NCBI GenBank assembly: GCA_963991985.1 | Contig: CAXDRX010000006.1 | Location: 7,499 to 71,498, forward strand | Reading direction: 5' to 3' | From: an uncultured bacterium | GTDB taxonomy: Bacteria; Bacteroidota; Bacteroidia; NS11-12g; UBA9320 | Length of the DNA stretch: 64,000 nucleotides | In this document: piece after piece, positions 29,134 to 38,189 of the stretch | Numbering within the stretch: position 1 is the first letter of the stretch | Layout: every line of letters starts with the position of its first letter | Notes under the pieces: generated by a model | Told to the model about the DNA's origin: nothing | Database searches by the model: none | Seen by the model: the letters and a program-made list of their open reading frames with translations, nothing else | Made by a program: the position numbers and the translations under genes

Positions 29134-30558
29134 ATGGCTGCTGCATGCCGTCTTCAATCTAAAGGATTTGATGTTCACGTTTTCGAGCAAGCGGAGCAGG
29201 TAGGTGGGAAATTGAATGAAATTGTTTTGGGCGATTATCGTTTTGATCGTGGTCCCAGTTTATTCACAATGCCCCATTGGATGGATCAACTCTTTTTGGA
29301 TTGCAATCAAGAGCCAAAAGACTATTTCCAATCCAAACCACTGGATATTGTATGCAAATATTTTTGGGAAGATGGTACGCAAATGGCAGTGCCTCAAGGA
29401 TCGGAAAATATTGTGAACACGCTGCATCAATCATTGGGGGAACCCAAAAAAAATATTAGAAAATATCTAAAAAAGTCTTCCTTTATATTTCATCATACAA
29501 GTCATATTTTCCTTGAGAAAAGCCTTCACAAGTTATCTACCTATCTCAACTACAAAGCATTAAAATCAATCTTGGTGCTTCCTTTTCTCGGCATTTTTAA
29601 GTCAATGAATCTTGCCCACACAATTTTTTTTGAAAAAAGAAAAGCAGTACAATATTTCAATCGCTATGCCACTTACAATGGCTCCAATCCCTACCAAGCA
29701 CCGAGCACTTTAGGCGTCATCCCTCATATCGAAAATTTTTTTGGTGCACATGCTCCCAAAGGTGGCATGTATTCTATTGCCCAAAGCATTCATAATCTCG
29801 GCAAAAAACTAGGTGTTTCTTTTCATTTGGGCAAAAAAATCACACACGTTGAAATAGTGAATAAAAAAGCGCAAAAGATTTTTTTTGAGGATACTCATTT
29901 TGATTTGGACTATTTGGTGTGTAATGGAGACATCAGTAGCATCTATCCATTATTTTCTGATTGGAATGGGAAAAAGAAAAAATTAGAGGAACCCTCAAGC
30001 TCTGCACTCATTTTTTATTGGGGCATCAATAAGGAATTCAAAAATCTGGATGTTCACAATATTTTTTTTTCAAACGATTATGAAAAAGAATTTGAATCAA
30101 TTTTCAATAATAAAATTATTGACGAAGACCCAACCATATACATTAACATATCATCGAAATACGCCATCGCAGACGCGCCTAAAGGGAAAGAAAACTGGTT
30201 TGTCATGGTCAATGCTCCCTATGACGATGAGCAAAATTGGGAAACCATAAAAATGCAAACGAAAAAGTCGGTTTTAGAAAAACTGCAAAGGGTATTGGGT
30301 GAAAATATTTCTGATCTTATTGAGCAAGAAGTTATTTGGACTCCAAAAGAAATCGAAAAACACACCTCTTCCTTTAAGGGTGCGCTTTATGGGAGCTCTT
30401 CTAATAAAAGAACTGCAGCATTTTTTAGGCATCGCAACAAAAGCAAAACCTATCAAAACATCTATTTTTGTGGAGGTAGCGTTCATCCGGGCGGAGGCAT
30501 CCCTTTGTGTCTTCAGTCTGCAAAGATTACCGCTGAACTTTTGATCAATGCCAAGTAA
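29134..30558 (+). CDS. CrtI/CrtD-family FAD-dependent carotenoid desaturase (phytoene-desaturase-like)
   Basis: The C-terminal CGGSVHPGGGIPL is the CrtI-family signature. The N-terminal Rossmann motif KKIAIIGSGVAGMAAACRL spans the first ATG, so the true start is upstream (probably ATC at 29092) with no canonical start codon. Confidence 0.7.
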   Translation: MAAACRLQSKGFDVHVFEQAEQVGGKLNEIVLGDYRFDRGPSLFTMPHWMDQLFLDCNQEPKDYFQSKPLDIVCKYFWEDGTQMAVPQGSENIVNTLHQSLGEPKKNIRKYLKKSSFIFHHTSHIFLEKSLHKLSTYLNYKALKSILVLPFLGIFKSMNLAHTIFFEKRKAVQYFNRYATYNGSNPYQAPSTLGVIPHIENFFGAHAPKGGMYSIAQSIHNLGKKLGVSFHLGKKITHVEIVNKKAQKIFFEDTHFDLDYLVCNGDISSIYPLFSDWNGKKKKLEEPSSSALIFYWGINKEFKNLDVHNIFFSNDYEKEFESIFNNKIIDEDPTIYINISSKYAIADAPKGKENWFVMVNAPYDDEQNWETIKMQTKKSVLEKLQRVLGENISDLIEQEVIWTPKEIEKHTSSFKGALYGSSSNKRTAAFFRHRNKSKTYQNIYFCGGSVHPGGGIPLCLQSAKITAELLINAK

Positions 30559-31180
30559 TCACGAAAAACGACTCATATATTTTGTTGCCTTTGTCCACAT
30601 CATTGGTTTTGTAGGAATTAATTTTACGCCCTTCACCAGATTTTTTCTTGAAGCTTCGCAATTCAATTTTTATTTCGTGGCTTTGTGTTTTGCTTTAAGT
30701 TTAAAAAAAATAAACCCCAAGCAATTGATTGGTCTTATTTCCATATTTTCCCTTGGCATGCTCGTAGAAATTATAGGCGTAAAAACAGGGTTTCCCTTTG
30801 GAGATTATTTTTATACCAAAAGATTGGGCATTCAACTGGCAAAGGTGCCAGTTTGTATTGGTTTCAATTGGATCTTGGTTTGTCTTGGGAGCATGGCTTG
30901 GGGAAAATTTATTTCACCAAAGTTTTCGTGGGTTATTGCCTTAAGTGTTTTACTTGTATTCGACTTGTTGCTCGAACCTGTGGCAATAAAGTTAGGCTAC
31001 TGGGTCTGGAACAATCACAATCCACCAATCAAGAATTATCTTTCATGGCTAATTATTGGCGCAATGGGCATGAAGATTTCAAAAAAATTTGACCTTCCCA
31101 ATAGCTATTTTTTACAAGCTGTTTTGGCCATTCAATTGTTGTTTTTTCTTAGCTTCAAATTGTTCAATGGTTTGAATTAA
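30548..31180 (+). CDS. Carotenoid biosynthesis membrane protein (CruF-like 1',2'-hydratase family, Caroten_synth)
   Basis: About 210 aa polytopic membrane protein with a FPFGDYFY motif. It is translationally coupled to the preceding crtD-like gene by an 11-nt overlap. The family assignment comes from motif and context memory, not from a search. Confidence 0.45.
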   Translation: MPSNHEKRLIYFVAFVHIIGFVGINFTPFTRFFLEASQFNFYFVALCFALSLKKINPKQLIGLISIFSLGMLVEIIGVKTGFPFGDYFYTKRLGIQLAKVPVCIGFNWILVCLGSMAWGKFISPKFSWVIALSVLLVFDLLLEPVAIKLGYWVWNNHNPPIKNYLSWLIIGAMGMKISKKFDLPNSYFLQAVLAIQLLFFLSFKLFNGLN

Positions 31181-31192
31181 TTTAACAAAATT

Positions 31193-31200
31193 TATTTTTG
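31193..31200 (+). promoter_or_regulatory. -7 promoter element (TAttTTTG) upstream of the TPR gene/ribH operon
   Basis: Matches TAnnTTTG and ends 12 nt before the ATG at 31213. Confidence 0.4.
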
Positions 31201-31212
31201 CCTCGATAAACC

Positions 31213-31968
31213 ATGACGGAAGAAAATAACGAGGAGATTTTCGAGGAAGATATCCCTCAAGAGGACAAACCCAAAAATCAAAAAAAACTCAATAATTTAG
31301 AGGATTCTTTTGAGGAAGAATTTACACCAAGTGGAAATGTATTGGTCGATTTTTACCGAAAAAATAAAAACATTGCTACGATTGCCCTCCTAACGTTTCT
31401 GATTGTTTTGGGTGGATCATGGTATTACTTTGCTCGATGGGTTCCAGAAAAAAACAAAGAGGCAGAGAATGCGCTATTCTACACCGAAGATTATTTTGCT
31501 CGTGATTCCATGAATTTGGTATTGAACGGGGACGGAATTCATCCAGGTGCATTAGAAATTATTGAAGATTATGGCAATACAAATGCAGGGAATAAAGCAC
31601 GCTACATGGCAGGAATTGCATACTTGAATACGGGTCAATATCAAGAGGCAACAAAGATGTTTTCCAAAACCACTTTTCGAGATAAGTATTTGGGGTCCAT
31701 GGTAAGTATCTTATTGGGTGATTCTTATGCAGAACTTGGAGAAATAGCCAAAGCAGGGAAATATTATATGAAAGCATTCAAAAATTCAGACAATGTAATG
31801 ACCGCCCCCTACGCATTACAAAAAGCCGCCATTGCATTTGAAAAAATTGAGGCTTACCAAAAGGCAATTGATGCTTATCAAATTTTACTGGATGATTTCA
31901 GTGATTCCGAATTTGCTCAGAATGCAGAAGTCTCCATCCACAGTTTGCAAAGCAAAATCAGTCGTTAA
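31213..31968 (+). CDS. Tetratricopeptide-repeat membrane-anchored protein
   Basis: Acidic N-terminus, a single TM (IATIALLTFLIVLGGSWYYFA), then TPR-like repeats. It is coupled to ribH: its stop is adjacent to the ribH ATG. Confidence 0.6.
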   Translation: MTEENNEEIFEEDIPQEDKPKNQKKLNNLEDSFEEEFTPSGNVLVDFYRKNKNIATIALLTFLIVLGGSWYYFARWVPEKNKEAENALFYTEDYFARDSMNLVLNGDGIHPGALEIIEDYGNTNAGNKARYMAGIAYLNTGQYQEATKMFSKTTFRDKYLGSMVSILLGDSYAELGEIAKAGKYYMKAFKNSDNVMTAPYALQKAAIAFEKIEAYQKAIDAYQILLDDFSDSEFAQNAEVSIHSLQSKISR

Positions 31969-32436
31969 ATGGCTACCCAAGATGGTCAAATAGCTTATGA
32001 TAAGTTAGATTATCCAAAGTTTCCATCCAAACAAATTGCCGTTGTTTGCACAGAGTGGAATAGTGAAATTACCGATAAATTATTGGCAGGAGCTATAGAG
32101 GCTCTTAAAAAAGCTGAGGTGGAGCGTATCATCTCCATAAAAGTGCCAGGAGCATATGAGATTCCTTATGCTTGCCAAAAATTAGTCCAAAAAAGTGACG
32201 TTGATGGCATCGTGACTTTAGGTGCGATTATTCAAGGAGAAACAAAACATTTTGACTTTATTTCACAGGCGGTTTCTCAAGGTGTCATGGATGTTTCGCT
32301 TAAGTACAGCAAGCCAATAACTTTTGGCATCATTACGCCCAACAACATAGAACAAGCCGAGGATAGGGCTGGTGGAAAATTGGGGAACAAAGGTTTTGAA
32401 GCCGCTTTGTCTTTGTTGAAGATTTTAGATCTTTAA
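31969..32436 (+). CDS. ribH: 6,7-dimethyl-8-ribityllumazine synthase
   Basis: 155 aa with conserved lumazine synthase blocks (VVCTEWNSEITDKLL, GAYEIPYA, GAIIQGETKHFDF). Confidence 0.9.
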   Translation: MATQDGQIAYDKLDYPKFPSKQIAVVCTEWNSEITDKLLAGAIEALKKAEVERIISIKVPGAYEIPYACQKLVQKSDVDGIVTLGAIIQGETKHFDFISQAVSQGVMDVSLKYSKPITFGIITPNNIEQAEDRAGGKLGNKGFEAALSLLKILDL

Positions 32437-33234
32437 AAAATCTTTACTGGGCATCCAAATTATATTGGGATCACGTTTGAACCAGGTCAGTTGCCTTTTG
32501 GCGTAATTTCGTGTATGTTGTTTTATTTTCTCAACGGCGTCCTCTAGTGCGATTTCCCCATTTAAAAAGTCAAAAAGTTCTTTGTAGCCAACGGTTTGTA
32601 ATGCATTATTTTTCTGAAAGGGCAAAAGACGTTTTGCTTCTTCCAGCATACCCTCTATCATCATTTGGTCAACCCGCTTATTTATCCGATCATACAAAGT
32701 ATATCTTTCCCAATGGATTGCCCATTTCTCTATTTTAAAATCGGTGCTTATACTCGGCAAAGATTTCCCTCGCTCGGAAACACTTTCAATTTCAATTGCG
32801 CGAATAAGTCTATGCGGATTGTTCACGTCAATTTGGTTGAATTTCATAGGGTTTCTTTTTTTTAGTTCATTCCTTAAATATTCCATTCCATATTCATCCA
32901 ATTTTTTTTGCAATTGCCCCCTCAGTTTTAAATTTTTCGGTGGCAAATGGTCTAAACCTTCTAAGGCAACTTGTAAATATAAACCGGAACCACCAACCAA
33001 AACTATGGAATGGTATTTTTTGAAGAGTTCATTGATTTTTTGTCGGCAGGCATAGGCAAATTGGTACACATCAAAATCATCAAAAATTGAAAGATTGTTA
33101 ATGAAATGATGCGGAACTTCCTTCAATTCGGTTTGGCTTGGTTTTGCGACAGCAACGCCCAACTCCTTATAAAACTGTCTGGAATCAAAACTTATAATCT
33201 CACACCGATGCTTTTTGGCCATGTGTATGGCCAA
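32425..33234 (-). CDS. miaA: tRNA dimethylallyltransferase
   Basis: MiaA motifs EIISFDSRQFYKEL and VLVGGSGLYL. The P-loop (GATASGKT) lies upstream of the first ATG/GTG/TTG (the TTG at 33234). The real start is probably the ATC near 33276, overlapping the upstream gene stop. Confidence 0.8.
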   Translation of the reverse strand: MAIHMAKKHRCEIISFDSRQFYKELGVAVAKPSQTELKEVPHHFINNLSIFDDFDVYQFAYACRQKINELFKKYHSIVLVGGSGLYLQVALEGLDHLPPKNLKLRGQLQKKLDEYGMEYLRNELKKRNPMKFNQIDVNNPHRLIRAIEIESVSERGKSLPSISTDFKIEKWAIHWERYTLYDRINKRVDQMMIEGMLEEAKRLLPFQKNNALQTVGYKELFDFLNGEIALEDAVEKIKQHTRNYAKRQLTWFKRDPNIIWMPSKDFLKI

Positions 33235-33277
33235 TTTTGTTTTTCCACTTGCTGTAGCACCTACTACCGCTATTATT

Positions 33278-33811
33278 TTATTGATTGGGTTCAGTATTGT
33301 CTGGCGGAATGATAAATTCGTCTCTGGAGAGATCTTCCATTTTGGCTTTTTGAATCAAGTCTTTTGCCATCGTGTCGAACTCATTGCTTTTTAAACCTAG
33401 CTCAAACTTATTCTTTTTGACAAATTGAGGAGGTGCATCCATTTCAGATTTCTGCAACTTTGGATACGACATGGTTTGATCCGATTTAAAAATCTTGATG
33501 AGCTCTATTCTCAAAGCCCATTCTTCGTCCCCGTTGGTAAGGTAGCGAAGCTGCTGATGGGGTGAAACAACCAAATCTCGAACCATCACATTGTCAAAAT
33601 TCTTTTTTTTCTCTCGGTTGTTGGTAATTTTACTTTTGCTTCTCCAGCTGTCGTCTACGATTTCAAAAGCGGAAGATGTTGAGGCATTGAATTTTATTGC
33701 TTTTTGAATGGCTTCATGAAATCGATTGACTGTTTGAGAGGCCAAAACATCAATCACCCGTACAATTTCATCGTAATCTTCAAATTTTATTCTGAACCTA
33801 AATGCAATCAT
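33278..33811 (-). CDS. pRiA4b ORF-3-like / IS1096-passenger-TnpR-like family protein (function unknown)
   Basis: The N-terminal block FRFRIKFEDYDEIVRVIDVLASQTVNRFHEAIQKAIKF...AFEI resembles the PRiA4_ORF3 domain pattern. 177 aa. Confidence 0.4.
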   Translation of the reverse strand: MIAFRFRIKFEDYDEIVRVIDVLASQTVNRFHEAIQKAIKFNASTSSAFEIVDDSWRSKSKITNNREKKKNFDNVMVRDLVVSPHQQLRYLTNGDEEWALRIELIKIFKSDQTMSYPKLQKSEMDAPPQFVKKNKFELGLKSNEFDTMAKDLIQKAKMEDLSRDEFIIPPDNTEPNQ

Positions 33812-33812
33812 T

Positions 33813-35216
33813 TTATTTTAATTTTCTTAATCCCAAAACCAATCCTTTGGCAACAACAAAGTTATAAGCTTCTTGATAATCATTTTTTATCACACCTTCT
33901 AAAATAGCTTCCCGTAAGGCTGTTTTAAGCGTCCCTACTTCTTTTCCTTGCTTTAAACCAAAAATTTCCATGATTTCAAAACCATCTATTGGAGGCTGGA
34001 AATTGCGGATTTTGTCCCTATCTTCCACAGCGACAATTTTTTGCTCAACTTGAGCCAAATTATTTTTAAATTTATTTTGTTTAAAAACGTTTTTTGTAGT
34101 GATATCGCACTTGCATAAAATCATTAAGTCCTCTAAATCTTCTCCTGCGTCAAAAATTAATCTTCTTATGGCGGAGTCGGTAACAATTTCTTTCACCAAG
34201 GCGATTGGTCTTAGGTGAAGCCTTACCAGTTTTTCAACTTTTCTCATAGATTCATTCAATGGCAGTTTCAGACGCTTAAAAATCTTCTTTACCATCCTGG
34301 CGCCAAGATCTTCATGACCATGAAATGTCCATCCTTCCTTTTGATCATACCTTTTGGTGGGTGGCTTTGCGATGTCATGTAGTATGGCCGCCCACCTTAA
34401 CCAAAGGTCATCACTTTTTTCTGCGACATTGTCTAAGACTTCTAGGGTATGGTAAAAGTTGTCTTTGTGAGATTTTCCATTTCTTTTTTCAACGCCTTGT
34501 AGAGCAACCATTTCAGGGAAAAATTGGTGCAACAGCTGGGTGTCAAACAACAGCTTAAACCCTTGGCTTGGGCGAGGAGCAAGAATAATTTTGTTCAATT
34601 CATCCATAATTCTTTCAACACTCACAATTTTTAACCGGTGTGCCATGGTGCTGATTGCATTTAAAGTATTTGTTTCAATAACGAATTGAAGTTGGGTGGC
34701 AAAACGAATCGCACGCATCATCCGCAAAGGATCGTCATCGAATGTTTTTTTGGGGTTGAGCGGGGTTTGAATAATTTTCTGCTTTAGGTCATTGACTCCC
34801 CCAAATGGATCAACGATTGTAGTTGAACCATTTAGACTAATGGCGAGTGTATTGATGGTAAAATCTCTTCTATGTTGATCTTCTTCAAGACTTCCTTCTT
34901 CAATCTTAGGTTTGCGAGAGTCTCGATTGTAGCTTTCTTTTCTTGCTCCTATAAACTCTAGCTCAAAATCTTTATACTTAACTTGGGCAGTACCAAAATT
35001 TTTAAACACAGTCAATGAGGCATTTTTCCCCAAAATACTTTTTAGCGAACTAGCCACTTCAATACCGCTTCCGATGCATACAAAATCTATGTCTTTGGAA
35101 TTTCTTCCCAACAATTGATCTCTAACAAAGCCCCCTACAACAAAAGTTTCAATGGCTTCCTTTTGGGCGGCTTTACGAACCCAGTCAAACACCTCATTTT
35201 CTAATGCGATTTGCAT
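33813..35216 (-). CDS. CCA tRNA nucleotidyltransferase (PolyA_pol head + HD domain)
   Basis: VVGGFVRDQLLGRNSKDIDFV nucleotidyltransferase motif and an HD domain (ILHDIAKP). The start is taken at the internal Met (MQIALEN). Confidence 0.85.
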   Translation of the reverse strand: MQIALENEVFDWVRKAAQKEAIETFVVGGFVRDQLLGRNSKDIDFVCIGSGIEVASSLKSILGKNASLTVFKNFGTAQVKYKDFELEFIGARKESYNRDSRKPKIEEGSLEEDQHRRDFTINTLAISLNGSTTIVDPFGGVNDLKQKIIQTPLNPKKTFDDDPLRMMRAIRFATQLQFVIETNTLNAISTMAHRLKIVSVERIMDELNKIILAPRPSQGFKLLFDTQLLHQFFPEMVALQGVEKRNGKSHKDNFYHTLEVLDNVAEKSDDLWLRWAAILHDIAKPPTKRYDQKEGWTFHGHEDLGARMVKKIFKRLKLPLNESMRKVEKLVRLHLRPIALVKEIVTDSAIRRLIFDAGEDLEDLMILCKCDITTKNVFKQNKFKNNLAQVEQKIVAVEDRDKIRNFQPPIDGFEIMEIFGLKQGKEVGTLKTALREAILEGVIKNDYQEAYNFVVAKGLVLGLRKLK

Positions 35217-35254
35217 AGGCAATTCAAATTTAGCTAAGTTTGGGTTTAGTTGGT

Positions 35255-35731
35255 ATGAAAAAACTTTTGGTACTTCGACATGCCAAGTCAAGTTGGGCAA
35301 ATGTGCAAGAATCTGATTTAGAAAGAGGCTTAAACGCTAGAGGTGTCAAAGACCTTATGAAAATGGCAAAAAGACTTAGGAATTATGACTGCCAGCCCGA
35401 AATCTGTTTGTCAAGTCCTGCATTGCGCACAAAACTAACTGCACTTGCTGTCTTAGATATTTTCGAAAATCCAATAAAAATAATTGAGACGAACGAACTT
35501 TATTTAGCCAATATTCAATCCCTAAAGAAAGAAATTTCCCATTCATTCAAACAATATAATTTCATAATGCTTGTCGGTCATAACCCAGGACTTACAAATA
35601 TGTTCAACCAATGCTGCAAAAATCGATTGGACAACCTACCCACGCTGGGATGCTACCTATTACAATTTGAAAACTGGCCCTCCTGGAAAGCCAAATTGCT
35701 TTTTATCGATTACCCCAAAAAATTTCGCTAA
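35255..35731 (+). CDS. Histidine-phosphatase-family protein (SixA-like)
   Basis: LVLRHAKS catalytic RHG-type motif. About 158 aa. Confidence 0.7.
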   Translation: MKKLLVLRHAKSSWANVQESDLERGLNARGVKDLMKMAKRLRNYDCQPEICLSSPALRTKLTALAVLDIFENPIKIIETNELYLANIQSLKKEISHSFKQYNFIMLVGHNPGLTNMFNQCCKNRLDNLPTLGCYLLQFENWPSWKAKLLFIDYPKKFR

Positions 35732-35756
35732 TCTTTGTGTCATATTCTAACTGGAG

Positions 35757-38189
35757 TTGAAAACCTATTTTGTAGACATCGTATTACCTCTCCCTTTGCC
35801 CACCTTTTTTACTTATAGAGTTCAAAGAGAATTAGAAAACGATTTGGCAGTAGGAAAAAGAGTTTTGGTTCCATTTGGCAGGAACAAACTGTATACGGGC
35901 ATTGTTTGGAAAATACACCTTAACAATCCGGGCCATTATCAAGTAAAATATTTGCATTCCATCATAGACCATGAACCAATTATTTCAAAAAAGACGGCAG
36001 AATTTTGGACTTGGATTTCAGCATATTATGCCTGCACTTTGGGCGAAGTTATGCAAGCTGCGCTTCCTTCTTTATTAAAATTGCAAAGCGAACAAATTCT
36101 GGTTTTGATGGAGCCCATGGATGGGGAAATTCCAAACGAATTGTCTGACAATGAAAAAATAGTTTATGACATTTTGCTTCAAAAAGAAAAATTGGTTGTC
36201 AAAGAATTGTATACCCTTTTGGGAAACAATATTTTCAAGACGATACGGTCTTTATACGATCGGGGGCTGGTGATTACCAAAGAGGAAATAAAGGAAACAT
36301 ATCACGAGAGACGGATAAAAATCATCGAAAAAAATCCCCACATGGCAGAGGGAGAATGGGAATTAATTTTTGCCAATCTAGAAAGAAAAGCGCCAAAACA
36401 GTCGGATGCTTTATTGAAAATATTCCAAAAAGGGAAGCAAGAAAAAAGAGAATTTCTAAAAAATTACAGTATTCAAGCTGGCGTATTGAATGGGTTAATC
36501 AAGAAGGGTTTTATTGTTGAAAGCTTACAATCTAAAAGTAGATTGCCTCGTTTTAATATACAAGAGACAAACAACGAACTCTCGGAAAGTCAAAATCATG
36601 CCCTTAAAGAAATTGAAAATAATTTTAAGGATGCTAAACCTACTTTGCTCTGGGGCGTTACGGCAAGTGGCAAAACACATATTTATATCGAACTCATTAA
36701 AAAACAATTAAAGGAGGGTAAGCAGTCTCTTTTTCTTCTTCCTGAAATTGCTTTAACCACGCAATTGACGCACCGGCTTGCAAAATATTTTGGTGATCAA
36801 CTCACGGTAACCCACAGCAAATACAATCAAAAAGAGCGTGTTGAGGCATGGAACAAAATATCAAATGGTGAAAAAAAAGTGATTGTAGGTGCTCGGTCTG
36901 CGTTGTTTTCGAATTTTTACAACTTGGGGCTGATCATTGTAGATGAGGAACATGAGACCTCTTTCAAACAGTTTGAGCCAAGTCCTAGATACCATGCTCG
37001 AGATGCAGCCGTATATCTTGCTCAAAAAAACAAGGCCAAAATTTTATTGGGGAGTGCTACTCCAAGCATAGAGTCTTTCAAAAATGTGCAAAAGGGCAAA
37101 TACAATTTGGTAAAACTGAACAATAAATTCTTACCCGGTAAAAAGCCAAAAATTCAATGTATTGACCTAAAAGATGAATACAAGCGAAAAAGAATGAACG
37201 GAGCTTTTAGCCAAACATTAATTGAAGAAATAGATGCTTGCATACAGTCAGGAAAGCGGGCGCTGCTTTTTCAAAATCGAAAAGGTTTTGTTCCACTCAT
37301 TGAATGCAAAACTTGTGGACACATACCTCAATGCAATGCTTGTGATGTAAGCTTGGTGTATTACAAAAAGCAGAACCAAATGCGATGCCATTATTGCGGA
37401 TTTAAAGAACATACAAACCAGGCATGTTCCTCCTGCCGTTCAAAAGATTTAATAGAAATCGGATACGGAACTGAAAAAATTGAAGCTTTGGCTGAGGATA
37501 TTTTTCCCAATTATCGGATTGGCAGGCTTGATCAAAATGCAGCCAATACTCGAAAAAAGTATGAAAAGATTTTGGATAATTTTGACCAAGGAAATCTAGA
37601 CATCTTAATTGGAACACAGATGATTGGCAAAGGCCTAGACTTTAAAAATGTTGGTTTGGTAGCTATAGTGGATGCAGATTCTTTATTACATTTTCCAGAT
37701 TTCAGAGCACATGAACGAACCTTTCATCTGATCACACAAGTAGCCGGGAGAGCAGGAAGACAGGGCTTTGAGAGCAATGTGTTCATTCAAAGTTTCAAAC
37801 CTCACCATGCCATATATCAAATGATCATTGGCCAAGATTTTGATGCTTTTTTTCAAAGAGAGATAATGGAAAGAAAAAAACACCTGTACCCGCCCTATCG
37901 AAGATTAATCAAAATTACTATTCGAGATAAGGATTTTATTGCCTGCAAAAATTCTGCACATAAGCTCGCACTTTATCTTCGGAAACAGAGCCTGAATGTT
38001 TTGGGGCCAAGCACACCCTTGGTTGGCCGAATTAGGAATAAGTTTCTTCAGGACGTCTTAATTAAAGTTGGGCTATCCAATACTTCCCTCCAAGCAATCA
38101 AAAATGATTTGTCTGAATTTATTCAGAAAATAAAAGAAGAAAAAGAGCACAATTCAAGTGATTTTTTGGTGGATGTAGATCCATATTAG
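35757..38189 (+). CDS. priA: Primosomal protein N' (replication restart helicase PriA)
   Basis: 810 aa. Helicase motifs GVTASGKT and DEEH, plus Cys4 zinc-binding clusters (CKTCGH...CNAC...CHYCG...CSSC). Confidence 0.9.
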   Translation: MKTYFVDIVLPLPLPTFFTYRVQRELENDLAVGKRVLVPFGRNKLYTGIVWKIHLNNPGHYQVKYLHSIIDHEPIISKKTAEFWTWISAYYACTLGEVMQAALPSLLKLQSEQILVLMEPMDGEIPNELSDNEKIVYDILLQKEKLVVKELYTLLGNNIFKTIRSLYDRGLVITKEEIKETYHERRIKIIEKNPHMAEGEWELIFANLERKAPKQSDALLKIFQKGKQEKREFLKNYSIQAGVLNGLIKKGFIVESLQSKSRLPRFNIQETNNELSESQNHALKEIENNFKDAKPTLLWGVTASGKTHIYIELIKKQLKEGKQSLFLLPEIALTTQLTHRLAKYFGDQLTVTHSKYNQKERVEAWNKISNGEKKVIVGARSALFSNFYNLGLIIVDEEHETSFKQFEPSPRYHARDAAVYLAQKNKAKILLGSATPSIESFKNVQKGKYNLVKLNNKFLPGKKPKIQCIDLKDEYKRKRMNGAFSQTLIEEIDACIQSGKRALLFQNRKGFVPLIECKTCGHIPQCNACDVSLVYYKKQNQMRCHYCGFKEHTNQACSSCRSKDLIEIGYGTEKIEALAEDIFPNYRIGRLDQNAANTRKKYEKILDNFDQGNLDILIGTQMIGKGLDFKNVGLVAIVDADSLLHFPDFRAHERTFHLITQVAGRAGRQGFESNVFIQSFKPHHAIYQMIIGQDFDAFFQREIMERKKHLYPPYRRLIKITIRDKDFIACKNSAHKLALYLRKQSLNVLGPSTPLVGRIRNKFLQDVLIKVGLSNTSLQAIKNDLSEFIQKIKEEKEHNSSDFLVDVDPY

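Noticed and set aside
31969-32000. Looked for an FMN riboswitch ahead of ribH
   Set aside because: ribH starts 1 nt after the TPR gene stop, so there is no leader region to hold a riboswitch.
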